Shown: positions 28,401-40,400 of the stretch, piece by piece
Position numbering within the stretch: position 1 is the stretch's first letter
Layout: every line of letters begins with the position of its first letter
Translations under genes and position numbers: made by a program
Virus record (IMG/VR): IMGVR_UViG_3300025098_000017
Source of the DNA: an uncultured virus (IMG/VR IMGVR_UViG_3300025098_000017)
Lineage: Duplodnaviria > Heunggongvirae > Uroviricota > Caudoviricetes > Kyanoviridae
DNA: 64,000 nucleotides
Strand: one strand, 5' to 3'
The notes under the pieces: model-generated
The model's database searches: none
Told to the model about the DNA's origin: nothing
Seen by the model: only the letters and a program-made list of their open reading frames with translations

Positions 28401-31400
28401 TGTAGTAGCAGCTACTGCAGTAATGGCAAGAACTTTATTGTAGAAGGGGTCGTCAATTCTAGGATATGAATGCTGTGTTTCATTATTGTCAGAACTGCAG
28501 GTGAAAGTAAGACTTGCTGCAGCAATAGAAATTTGGTCTGAAGTAGTTAAACTATGACTACCAATGGTCAGAACCATATCACCTGTTGCCGAATCATATG
28601 TCGCTCCCGTAGGAGTGAATTGTGTATATACTGTATTATCAGAATCTGTGAGAGTAGTATCAGTAAATTGTGATACCCCATGAGAACCAGATACGCTCCA
28701 AAGAACATTGTTAACAATATAAGGAATGATATCTCCAACCTTATTGTATGCCCATACAGTTTCATCAATCTCAGTCTCAACATGGTTGAGAGTTATGGCA
28801 TTGAGGTCTGTTCTGTCAACATAAAGTTCTGCTGCATCCCAGATGTGACTATTTGAACCATTACGAAGATCCTCAACAATAGATTGGACAATATCTTCAA
28901 TATCATCTTCGCAATTTACATTACCACCTGGGATTGCTAGAGAAGGATACTGTTGAGTCAAGAGATAAACAGTTTCTTTAGCAATAAAGTTTTTATTCTT
29001 CTCTAGTAAAGTTGCAGCATCCAAGTATCTGTGAGAATTTCCAGTGAATCCAGCAACTACTGCACTACCGTTAGCATCGGTATTTGCTTTAATTGCATCA
29101 TTGTTAAAGAACTCACCTTTGGTAAAGTCTTCAGTACCAGACCAATCTTGAACAGATGTTGCTCCCTGTGTTTCGTCGAAGTGGAGTAATAGTTTTGTAT
29201 TTGTATCACCTTGGAACATGCCATTACGTGGAGTAAAGGCAGCAGAATAACGACCAATATTAGAAACTCTAAATTCGTCAATGTATCCAGCGAAATTATC
29301 ACTGCCAGCGTAATCAGAACCGATATGTACGGGTCTAGTTGTTCCATAGTTGGTAACGTCAGCAGTGTCTGTACCTTGCTGTACGCCGTCCAAATAAAGT
29401 CTTACAACACCTGCAGTTCTAGACACTGCAACGTGATACCAGGTGTCTACTAGGAGCGTTGTAGCGCCATTAATAGTGATTCCACCGTTAGTTCTATTGT
29501 ACTGAATTGTATTGCCATTAAGGACCAACTGTGCAGCAGAATCGCTGACTACAGACCTAAAGTCGCAAATAACTTTTGCTCCCGTAGCAATAGTGGTTGT
29601 TTTGATGTAACATTCAAGAGTAAATTCACCCGTACCGAAACCAAAATTGGATGACGTTGCAATATCTAGATATTCGTCAATAGGAACTGCACCTACATTA
29701 ACTGTAATTGTGGTAGCGGTAACTGCACTAATAGCACGAGCACTACCAGAGGCAGGATCAGTAGCACGAGGATATGTGTAATTATTAGTATTATTATCAG
29801 ATCCACAAGTGAATATAAGTGTATTATCGACAATAGTTACTGTATCCGATGTGGTAAGCGCGTGCGCTCCAATCTCTAATAATAAGACTCCAGTGAATGG
29901 GTCGTATGTTGTTCCTGTAGCTGCGGTATATGTAAGAGACCCATCAGAAATAGAATCTGCAGTTCCACTTACAAATGTATGAACATCAGTTCCTTTAGAA
30001 AGAGATAAAGAACCAGAACCATACTTTTTATTGTAAGTATTGATTTGAGCACCAGCATTAAAGTTAACTGTATGTGCATCCGTTCCAATCGTTAAACTAT
30101 TAGCAAGTTTACCGAGATAAACTACTTTTTGTGCTTGATTGAATCCAAGAACTTCTGCTTTAGTGTCTCTGGTACGAATAGTTTGTCCAAGAGTGAAGAA
30201 TCCATTTCCAAATTCATTGGTTAATGTAAGTTTTCTTACAGAAAGATCTTCGTTATCAGTAAAATTACCACTTTCGTTACCAAATTCTAATTTGTAATTT
30301 CTGATGAATTCACCTTCAGTGAAAGCACCCGAAGAAGTGTCATAAGGAATGATGTAATGATTTACATTTTCATTTTCAGGGAATTTGCTATTGAACTCGG
30401 TTACATTATCACCAACTTCAACAACAGAAACTTGAGAACGTGAGATATCGTCAATAACAACATTAGGATATGTAATAGAAGCAATTCTATCAAACAGCAG
30501 ACCAAAGAATGTAGAACCTTCAGAGATTTCTACTTGTTCAACTACTTCCAAAGTGGTTGGGTCTGTATATGGTGCTGTAGATGTGATTCTAGCAACAACC
30601 CCAGATTGTGAAGCGACAATAACATCATTCAATTGAATGTCAAATAATCCAGGAGTAGATTGATATGTACCAGTGGTCTTACTTAAGATAAGGTCATCGG
30701 TAATAGTAATGTCTGTACCATAGAAAGGAGAATTTTCTTGGTGCTGTAAAGAAGTAGTTCCTAACTGTGCCCTAGTGACATTAATAGTTGTAGATTCTGA
30801 ATTATTAGTAACAGAATTAACGAGTACAATCTCACTTCCGATTTGATAGTTATCACCAATAGTGAATGCAGTACTAGCAACAGCCGCTGGATTATTTAAA
30901 TCCGAATCTGTTGCGATAACTTCAAAATCAGTAGTAGAAATACCTACTGTATAGCGTAACTTAGCAACTGGTGTTTCTGCGCCCTTCTCAAGGTTGACAT
31001 CTTCAACAGTAGCAGTATCACCCGTTAAGTTTTTAATACTCTCGCCAAAAATGAACAAACCATTATTCACGACTGTTGTCCCAGTTGCAAATAATGCACT
31101 GAATCCAGTAACATTACCTAGAACAAGTTCACTAGCAAGGAATTGAGTTCCTTCAGTAAAGAATCCAAATATTGTATTACCAACGACTGAGGTTACTGTA
31201 AGTCTAGACCCAGAACTAACACCATTAATAGAATTACCGACGAGAGGGAAAATACCACTAATACTAGTAAATTCAAGACGGACAGTAGTAATTTGAGAAA
31301 TCTCAACATTTACATATTTGACACTTGCAGGAGGTTGAGGTGCTTCAGCAAATACAATAGAATCACTTTGAATTTGGAAGGAAGTATCTGGTGTTTGTAC

Positions 31401-34400
31401 AACACCATTCAAAATAACCATCAATTGATTTGCATTTGCAATTACCGAATCACCATTATTAACGGTAAGTGGGAATGCTGTTCTAACACCGTCAAAGAGA
31501 GTTGAAATATCATCGACTCTTTGAACAATCGAAGTTAGAATATTCTCCGAAGAAGTTAGTCTTTTTTGACGGAAAAGAATTTCACTATTGTTAAAATCTT
31601 CATAGATTGGTTCTACTAGAGTGAAGTTCTGAATATTAGGAACAATTGCCTCATTAGCAAGTTCAACGGACTTGGTTAATTCAAAATCAGTTACCTTGTT
31701 GGGGATTGTAGTAAATTCATTAATACTGAGTTCACCAAAAACCTTGAATGATGCTGGATGAACATTTCTGATTAAAATGTCCTTCCACTCACTAATAGAT
31801 ACTGAAGACTTAACTGCATAAGAGAAATCTTGATAGTAGTAAGAGTCTTGAATTTTTTGTACAATCTCGGAAGGTTTGCCGACATCATCAATAAATTGAC
31901 CAGTTGTCTTAGTGATAGGACCAACTTCAAGAACACCTCTTGCAATCTTCAGGTCAGAAATATTACCAGAAGACTTAGAAATGACGCCAGTAACACTATT
32001 GCCTAAGTTAAAGGATCCTGTATAATCTACAATCTTAAGAATTCTAGGTCCAACTTGCCATCCAGAGTTAGTAGAAACATATCCAGTTGCTGTTGCTGTT
32101 TCTAAGGCATCGCCCTGGTAAACCAGTTCTCCTTCTAAGAAGGTCGAAGTAATAACATTACCAACTGCTGCGCCACCGAAAGAGAACGTAAGTACTTGTT
32201 GGCGACCAGTACCAGGGTTAACGAATGCTAATGCATCACCCAATTCTGCGTTTGCTGCAGTGATTGCAATTTTTAATTGGTCATCCTCAAGGGAGTTTCC
32301 AGCACCAGCAATTGCATAGTAAGTATTTGTTTTAGTAAGTCTACCAACAGCACCAGATGCAATCGGAAGTTCTGCACCATCACCAATATCAACTACATCC
32401 AAAGTAATCTCAGAACCATTTTGAATTCCATGTGGGAAAGCAAACTGTAATAGACCTAAGTCTTGGTTGATAGTGTAGTTGAAGGAAGATTTGAGTTGAA
32501 CTGTGGGTTCTGAAGAATATCCTGACCCAGGATCTTTAACATCAATAGTACTCAATCTACCATTCTTAATGGTTGCTTCTGCGATTGCTCCACTTCCACC
32601 ACCACCTGTGATAACAACTGTTGGTGCTTGAGTATAACCAGAACCAGGATCTGTAACAGCAATGTTATCAAGAATACTAGTATTAGTTAATTGGGCGTTG
32701 ATTGGGAACGAGATTTCAGGTCTTAAAGTGTAATCATGAGGATAGTCGAAACCAAAGTTGTTATTTTTAAGATTTTTAATCTTACCAATTTCAGTACCTA
32801 GGGTAAAGATTGAAGCACCAGTACCGAAAGATGGAATAACAACTTCTAATTCAGCACCAGAACCTGTCAATCCAGCACCAAGAATTCCAGAAATTGATTC
32901 AATATCAATTGTTGCTGTGGTATATCCTTTACCAGGACTTGTGACAGATACTCTTTGAATTTGACCAGGAATTACACCACCTTCATCATCCGTTCCATCA
33001 GAAACTACAATTTCTACAAGACCACCTTCACCATCACCAGTAATAGGAACACTGGAATAAGTTCCGACTGCATATTCAGTACCAGGGGCATTGATAGAAA
33101 CTCTCTCAATATTTCTGGTCGATTGAATTGTGCTGATAATAGGCAGTTTGTTATAGAATCCACCAGAATTGACAATTCTTATATCACCAATAGAACCAAC
33201 CGCTTTCTTAGAACTTGTGGTATAGGTAGTATTGATAATGTTTGCTGCACCTTCTGGTTGATTAATCAGTTTGAATTCAAAAATATTATCTCCACTAGTA
33301 ATTGTTCCTCCAGAAGTATCAGTAACTTCAAATGTACCAACATATGGAGAGAAGGTAACATCGAGGTAACTATCGCCAATAACAGGAGAATCTGCACCTG
33401 TTCGTGAAGGATCGAAATAGTAAGAGATATTAGTAATAACATTCTCTTCTACTTTTAGTTTTACTGTAGGTGTTGGAGCACCACCGCCAGTAACACCTGG
33501 AGTTCCAACTCTCTCAATAGAGTTGAAAGAATACTCCAACTTATACAGAGGGTCTTTGGAGAAAGATAAGTTTCCACCAACCAGTGAAGAATGACTTAAA
33601 TCAAACAAATACTGATGACCATAGTACATCTTCAAAACAGGTGATTTGATGAAGAAGTTAACAGTTGCTGCAGAGTCTGAAGGAGAGGATACTGCTGCTG
33701 CAGGTAGTTTATATGTAAATTCAATCGGACTGATAACTCTTTCTACTGGGAAGGAACCATCATACTCGTCATAATTTGCTAAACTTACCGTTCTTGTAGG
33801 ATTACCATCAACAAACATTTGCTGACCAGCAGTCAAATAGTGTAAAGAGTCACTAATGACATATACAGTGTCGCTATTTGCAACCGCAGTTACTTGTAAA
33901 ATCTTAGCAAGATTTGCAACTAAGGTAATCTTAGTTACGCCAGTAAGATTTGTAATTTGAATCGTCGAATATGCTGAATTATAAGAGACATCATTGGAAC
34001 TTACATTGATAACCGATCCAACAACAAACGCAGAAGAACCAGAGACTTCATCAATTCTGATTGAATAGTCATCGTCAGCGTAATCTTTAAATTTAGCAAA
34101 CTCGTCAAGATTATCAGTACCTCCGATAGTACTAGGAGCATCATAATCGGAAAGATCAATATCAAATGTTCCTGGTGTAGTATTAACTACTTGAGGGAAC
34201 GTATATGAAATACTGTTATTATCACTCGGAATTGGACCTACTAAACCGTATGTGCTTTGCTCATTGAACTGTACAGTTGCCAAGTTTCCAATATTAGTAT
34301 CATCAGACCAAGAATTGTTATTGACTGCCAAGTAAACTTTATTAGTAGTAGTATCTACTGATGTGATATATCCACTGTTTACAAAAGTGCTTCCTGTACG

Positions 34401-37400
34401 AAGTTCAAGTTTCGACCCTACTGTAAAATTGAATGGTTGATTAATAGTCAATTCTTGAATATTATCAATTTTAACTGTATTGCAGGTTTTAAAGTAGTAC
34501 CTATCAGCAACGGATGCCTCAACCTTAAGTTTTTGAGAACCTGGAGATGGAACTGTAGCAGTTCTAGAACTCCAAACATCTCTAAAGTACGTGACAGTTG
34601 TAGTATTTTCTGTCATCGATGTTGCAGATTCACTATAGTCAAGAGACTGTAATCCTGGGTCTCCTAAACTATAACCAACATTAACCATCGTAATTTCATT
34701 TCCCGTTACAGGACTAACTGCAGTTCTGGTCCATCCATACTGGGTAGTTGCACCAGCTGCTGTTGCACCCAACCTGGCAGCATCAGCATTTTTATCAGTC
34801 TTTAATACGAATCCATTATGAGAAATAAGATCGTATCTATCTTGTTGCTCAGTAAACCAATCAGTATCAGTCCAAGTATATGCAAGAGCAACTGCATCAG
34901 CAACAGGAAGAACTAAAGGATTGCCAAAATCTGTGGGAGCAGTAGGAAGCACATAACGATTCCTAATACGAATATCGTCAAGGAAGAATTGTCCTTGCTT
35001 ATCTGCACTGAAAGCACCAGAGGTAGTAAATCCTGGAGCATTACCAAAATGAATATCCTTAGAACCTAATTGAGTATTAGCAACAGTACCACTAATAACT
35101 TCAATACCATTTACATAAACTTTAAATAAATTTTCAGTTTTGGTTAGTGATATTAATTGCCAAGTATCATTAGCAAATAATCCTGTTTGTGACGATACTG
35201 CAGCAGTTCCGCTACTAAATTTAGTAGTATTATCGGTTACAACTAATTCTAATCTACCTTCATTTGCACTACCATCAGTATTATAGTATAACCAAATACC
35301 ACCTGTGGTATCCTCACCATCACCAATCGCAATTAACGTATTGTAATCTGCACTAAGAGTATTTGCATTACCATTATCATCATCCTTGTAGATGAGGAAG
35401 TCGATAGTAAAATCGCCACCAATATTATTACCTAGACTAGAACCAGGAATTTTTGCTGCTGAATTTTCCCATGTAGAACTTTGTCCTGTTTGGAATCCAT
35501 ATATCTTAAGATATCCACCAGTACCGTCTACAGCAATAGAACCATTCAATCCAAGAGTGGTCATTGTATGATGACCTGTTGTATCAGAAAGATCGGTATC
35601 AAATCCAAACAGTCCCTCATTCCTATTCCAATATGTCTGTCCAGCAATATAGACATCACCTGAATTATCAACATTCAAAGTTTCGGCTACAATACCCTCA
35701 ACATTATTTTCAGTAAACTTGTTAACTGTATGATTTAAAACTTTACCTTTATAATCAACCTTAACGTTAGCAACGGTTTGTTGCTCTGTAGTATTATCTA
35801 CTCTGGTATAAACCAGGTTCAGATTGCCAAAGATATCAATTTTTGTTCTTGGAACTAAATTGATGTCTCTTCCAGGAACAGCATATGAATAACTCCAAAT
35901 ACCAACTCCATCAGAAGATCTAAATTTACCAATCCAGAAATTTTCTCTATTAATATCATTAGATCTTAATTGAAGAGTTGCAGAAATATACAGTTCATCA
36001 AATTCATCAATTGCAATACTGGGATTTAACAGACTGTATACATTATTAGAAACTTTTCTAATCCAGGAAATATCAATATTACTGACTCCTACTAATGCTT
36101 TACCGAAGACAATATCTTTATCTGCTTCAGAAACACTTGTAGATGTTTCCATTAAGAAGTATGGTTGACCATCAGACCCTAGAATAATGTCAAGAACTTT
36201 TTCATTCTGAGTATTAGATGTAAGTTTTCTCTTTACACTAAAGGTTCCTGCAGAATCTACTACTGCAATAAAACCATCATAGGGATTTGTAGAGTTTGTA
36301 TTTGTATATCCAGAGATAATTAAACTATCAGTTCCATATCTGAGGATCTTAGTTACGTTATCAGAACGAGTTCCACCAGAAATACCAGCATATGCTCTTT
36401 GCCATTCTAAAGTAGCAGACAATCCATCATTAGATTCTGTATACTTACAGATAATGATATCGGGATTGTATGCATCTAAAATAGAAGTATTTGGTTTATT
36501 GACACCGACAACCCAAATACTCTTATTCTCAACGTAAATACTTTGGAATTCTGTATAAGCAAGACCTGAAGAAAGTTTTAGAGTTTTATTCCACTCACTA
36601 ACACCAGATACAGAAAGTTTTGAGATAATAGCAATTGTATCGCCACTACTATCAGTAGTTTTACCACAAATATACGATTCCTTACTTTCCGTAACGAAAG
36701 TATCATTAATAATGACCTCATCTTCATTAACTATTGAAGAGATGTAATAATCAGATTTTTTGAATACTTGGGGATGAGAAAGTATAACTCTTGGATTAGT
36801 CGTATAACCATTACCAGAATTTAAAATATTGACTCTATTAACAGACCCAACTGAATCAACAACTGCTTCCAATTGTCCACTTACTCCATCACCATCAATG
36901 ATAATTGTTGGAGGAATATCTTCGCTGTAACCACTACCAGATTGAGTGACATTAATTGTCTCAATACCTTTAAGTTGTCTGACTACAAATTGCTTATTGG
37001 TGGTCTCTATGTTTTCAGTGTAATCAACAAAAATCGTATCTCCAACAACAAGATTATGAGGTTCAGATGTTTGAAGAACACCGTAGTTTTCTGAATTTTT
37101 ATATTCAAAATCATAGGATGCGATAGATTCGCCTTTAATTGTAGAAACCCTAGCAGAAGCACCACTACCACCTGTTTCTGAATTATCAAAGATTAATTTG
37201 TCATCAACCTGATAACTTACACCAGAATTTTCAATTACAAATCCTGTTACAGAGGCATTTTCAAACTTACTAATTGTTTCAACTTCAATATCAACTTTAG
37301 AATCAGTTTTTACCTTAGGGAAATAATCATAGATTTGAAGAGGGGGTTCTTCTAAAATTTGATCGGGATCATCAGTTTCATCTTGGTTGATAATACCATC

Positions 37401-40400
37401 TCTATTTTCATCTTCAACATCAAATAATAGCAATGTACCATCTTCTAATGTCAATGAATTCGTCGATGCATTAGGAGTTCTTTCAACGTCAATGTCAACA
37501 TTTTCATAGGGATCGCGATAACGAACAACCCCAGTTGGAATATTTTGCTGAATAGCAGATTCGGAAAGATTTAAGTTATCTACAATGGAATTAAAACTAG
37601 GTCCGATGATATAAGGATATGCAGGATTGCCAGCTTCTGTAGAGTCAATTGTAACAAAATAGCAATATGTGCCATCTGGAAATTCTGGTGTTTTACAGAA
37701 ACGACCATTATATTGGTCTAAGTCTCCCAGACTAAAGACATACTCATAATCTTCAACAAAAGTTCCTGCAGGATCGACACTTAATAAAGAACCTTCAGTT
37801 CTAATAGGGGTTGGATTTGAAGGACTTACCACCAAATCAGACTTCAATCTATAAGAAGTAGAGATTCTAACAATATTAGATGATTGATCCGTAGGGTCTT
37901 GATATCCATAAGGTCCATATATTGGAGTTCCGTCAAATGCCCAACCAATAATAGGAGAATGGTCCTTGTTAGATTCTAATGATGCTTCAGTAATAACACC
38001 ATTAGTACTAACCAAGTTGTCCCCAAGAATGAATCTGAGTCTTTGTGGATTAGATAAGTGTGCATACTCTCCACCATACTGGTTATTATACCCTTCAAAC
38101 ACTGCTCCTTGAGAATCATCAAAAGTAGTAGATTCTTGTAAGTTATACGTCCATTGGAATACATTTGCATCGAATTGCGCTGCTTCACCAACAGAAACTA
38201 AGGTAATGACAGTAGTTCCTTGAACATAATTGATGCCTCGGTTTAGAAGTTCAATACTAGTAACTCTACCAGCATTTTCTCCAGCAGTATCAATAACTGC
38301 TCTAGCTTGAGCACCAAAACCAACACCCTGAATTTGAACCTCAGGTGCTGTAGTATATCCAGAACCAGCAGAAATAATTGCTACAGAAATAATTCTTCCA
38401 TTATTGATAATGGCTTGAGCAACAGCACCAGAACCAGAACTCAATGTTACTGTAGGTTGAGAAGTATAGGAACTACCTTGAGACTGAATATTAACTTCTT
38501 TGATAGGACCACGAACAGATGCTGTTCCAGTTGCACCAGAACCTTCGCCTCCAACAATAGTAATAGATGGTTGTGAAGTATATCCAGAACCACCATTAGT
38601 AATCAAGATATTGGAAACTGTTCCTTTTGTGATAATAGCAGTTGCTGCTGCTCCAGAACCGCCACCACCAACAATAGAGATGAGAGGAGAACTAGTATAA
38701 CCAGAACCAGCAGTATCTACAGAAATATTACTAATAGAACCATTCACAACAACCGATGCGGATGCTCCAGAACCGCCACCACCAGTGATGCTTAAATTTG
38801 GTGGTGATGCTGCATCATAATTTCTACCTGAATTCAAAATTCCAATGGATGTTAGGGGTCCATAAGTTTTGGAGAATACAGACTTATAAGACCAAACCGA
38901 TACACCGTTGACCCAAGAACCAATAGGACCTGGATTAATTAAACTCTTAGTTGAGATAGTAGTTGTAGATTTTGGAAATCTATTCAGTTTGCGTTGGTTG
39001 CCTGGTAACAAAGCAGACCCAGGGAAAGGTCCAATATTATAATTAGGAATACCAGTTGAAGCAACATAAACGTAATTATCATTAAAGAATGAATTCAGTA
39101 CGTTTGTAGTGTATACGGAGATATTTTTATTGATTGCAGCATCTGTTGACTTACCTTTATTCAAATCAACTGATACTAGGATGTTTCCTTGAGGAGCAAC
39201 TAATGCTGTTTGAGGAAGACGATACTGGAAGATAAGATCACTATCTCTAGAAGTTACTTCAAATGTTCCGTTATAGATGATTGGATTTGCACCATATATG
39301 GTAACTTGGTCTCCAACCAAGACTCCATGAGGATTGGAGCAAGTTACAGTTGCTGATTGATTGTTATCTCCACCGAAAGTAATTCCTGAAACACTGATGA
39401 GTTTTTTGACATTATACAACCATGTTGTTAATAATGATTCATCACTACTACCACCAAGTTTAGCAACTGTTAATTTATCACCTGGAAGATAGTAAGAACC
39501 GCTGTCAGTAAGATTTGTTCGTTGAGCATCAACAATACCAACAATGTCCATTACGACTTCTTGAAGCGTCCCTTCATTCAGATAAACTCTGAAATTGGAA
39601 GTTACTTCAGTTGCCGAGTCCCAAACTTTAGGATCTGCTCCAACCGAACCAGTAAAGTTTCTAGTACACTCAATAAACTGGTTTAAAGACTTTTCTTTAT
39701 AACGAACTACTTCTGTAGTACCAATTACAAATTCGCCGTTTCTTTCTGGCCAACCAATTGTGGAATCGACCGTAATGATACCAGTCTCTCCATCTAAAGG
39801 TTCTGCAAGTTTTGTTTTGTAAGGAACGATGAAAGAACCTTGAATGGTTTCTTCTGAAAGAACTAATTCATAAATTGTAGTATTTGAAGTGTTGATTGCA
39901 ATATAATTTTCTACAAGAGCACTTGCATCCTTTACATTCACATCAGCAATATCTGCCGATTGTGAAATTAGTGCATCTTGAATATTTCTAGGATCACCAC
40001 TGACTAAGGTTGCACGCAGAATGGTGTTAATAGACCAAGTTGCTGCAGATGGTTTGATAATTTGGTCTTTAGGATAAGAAACAGCAACAGTTTCTCCATA
40101 TAACAACTTAAACAAGTAGGCAATGCTAAATTCAGTACCTTTTGTTTCGTAGAATCTTTTGATTGTCTTAATTGATGTTCTAACATCAATTGACTTATAG
40201 TCTAATTCTGGTACGTCGGGAAGATATTGTTCAACATACTTGTCCAGTAATCTTTTTATGAACAGAGCATCTAGACATTTTACTTCTGTATCTACCGAAG
40301 CTTCGGAAGCAGCAGTATTTGCAGAGAATACTGCATTGCCTTCTGCATCATACGATGTAATGCCACTAGATGCCCTTGCACACCCAATGAACTGTGCTTT

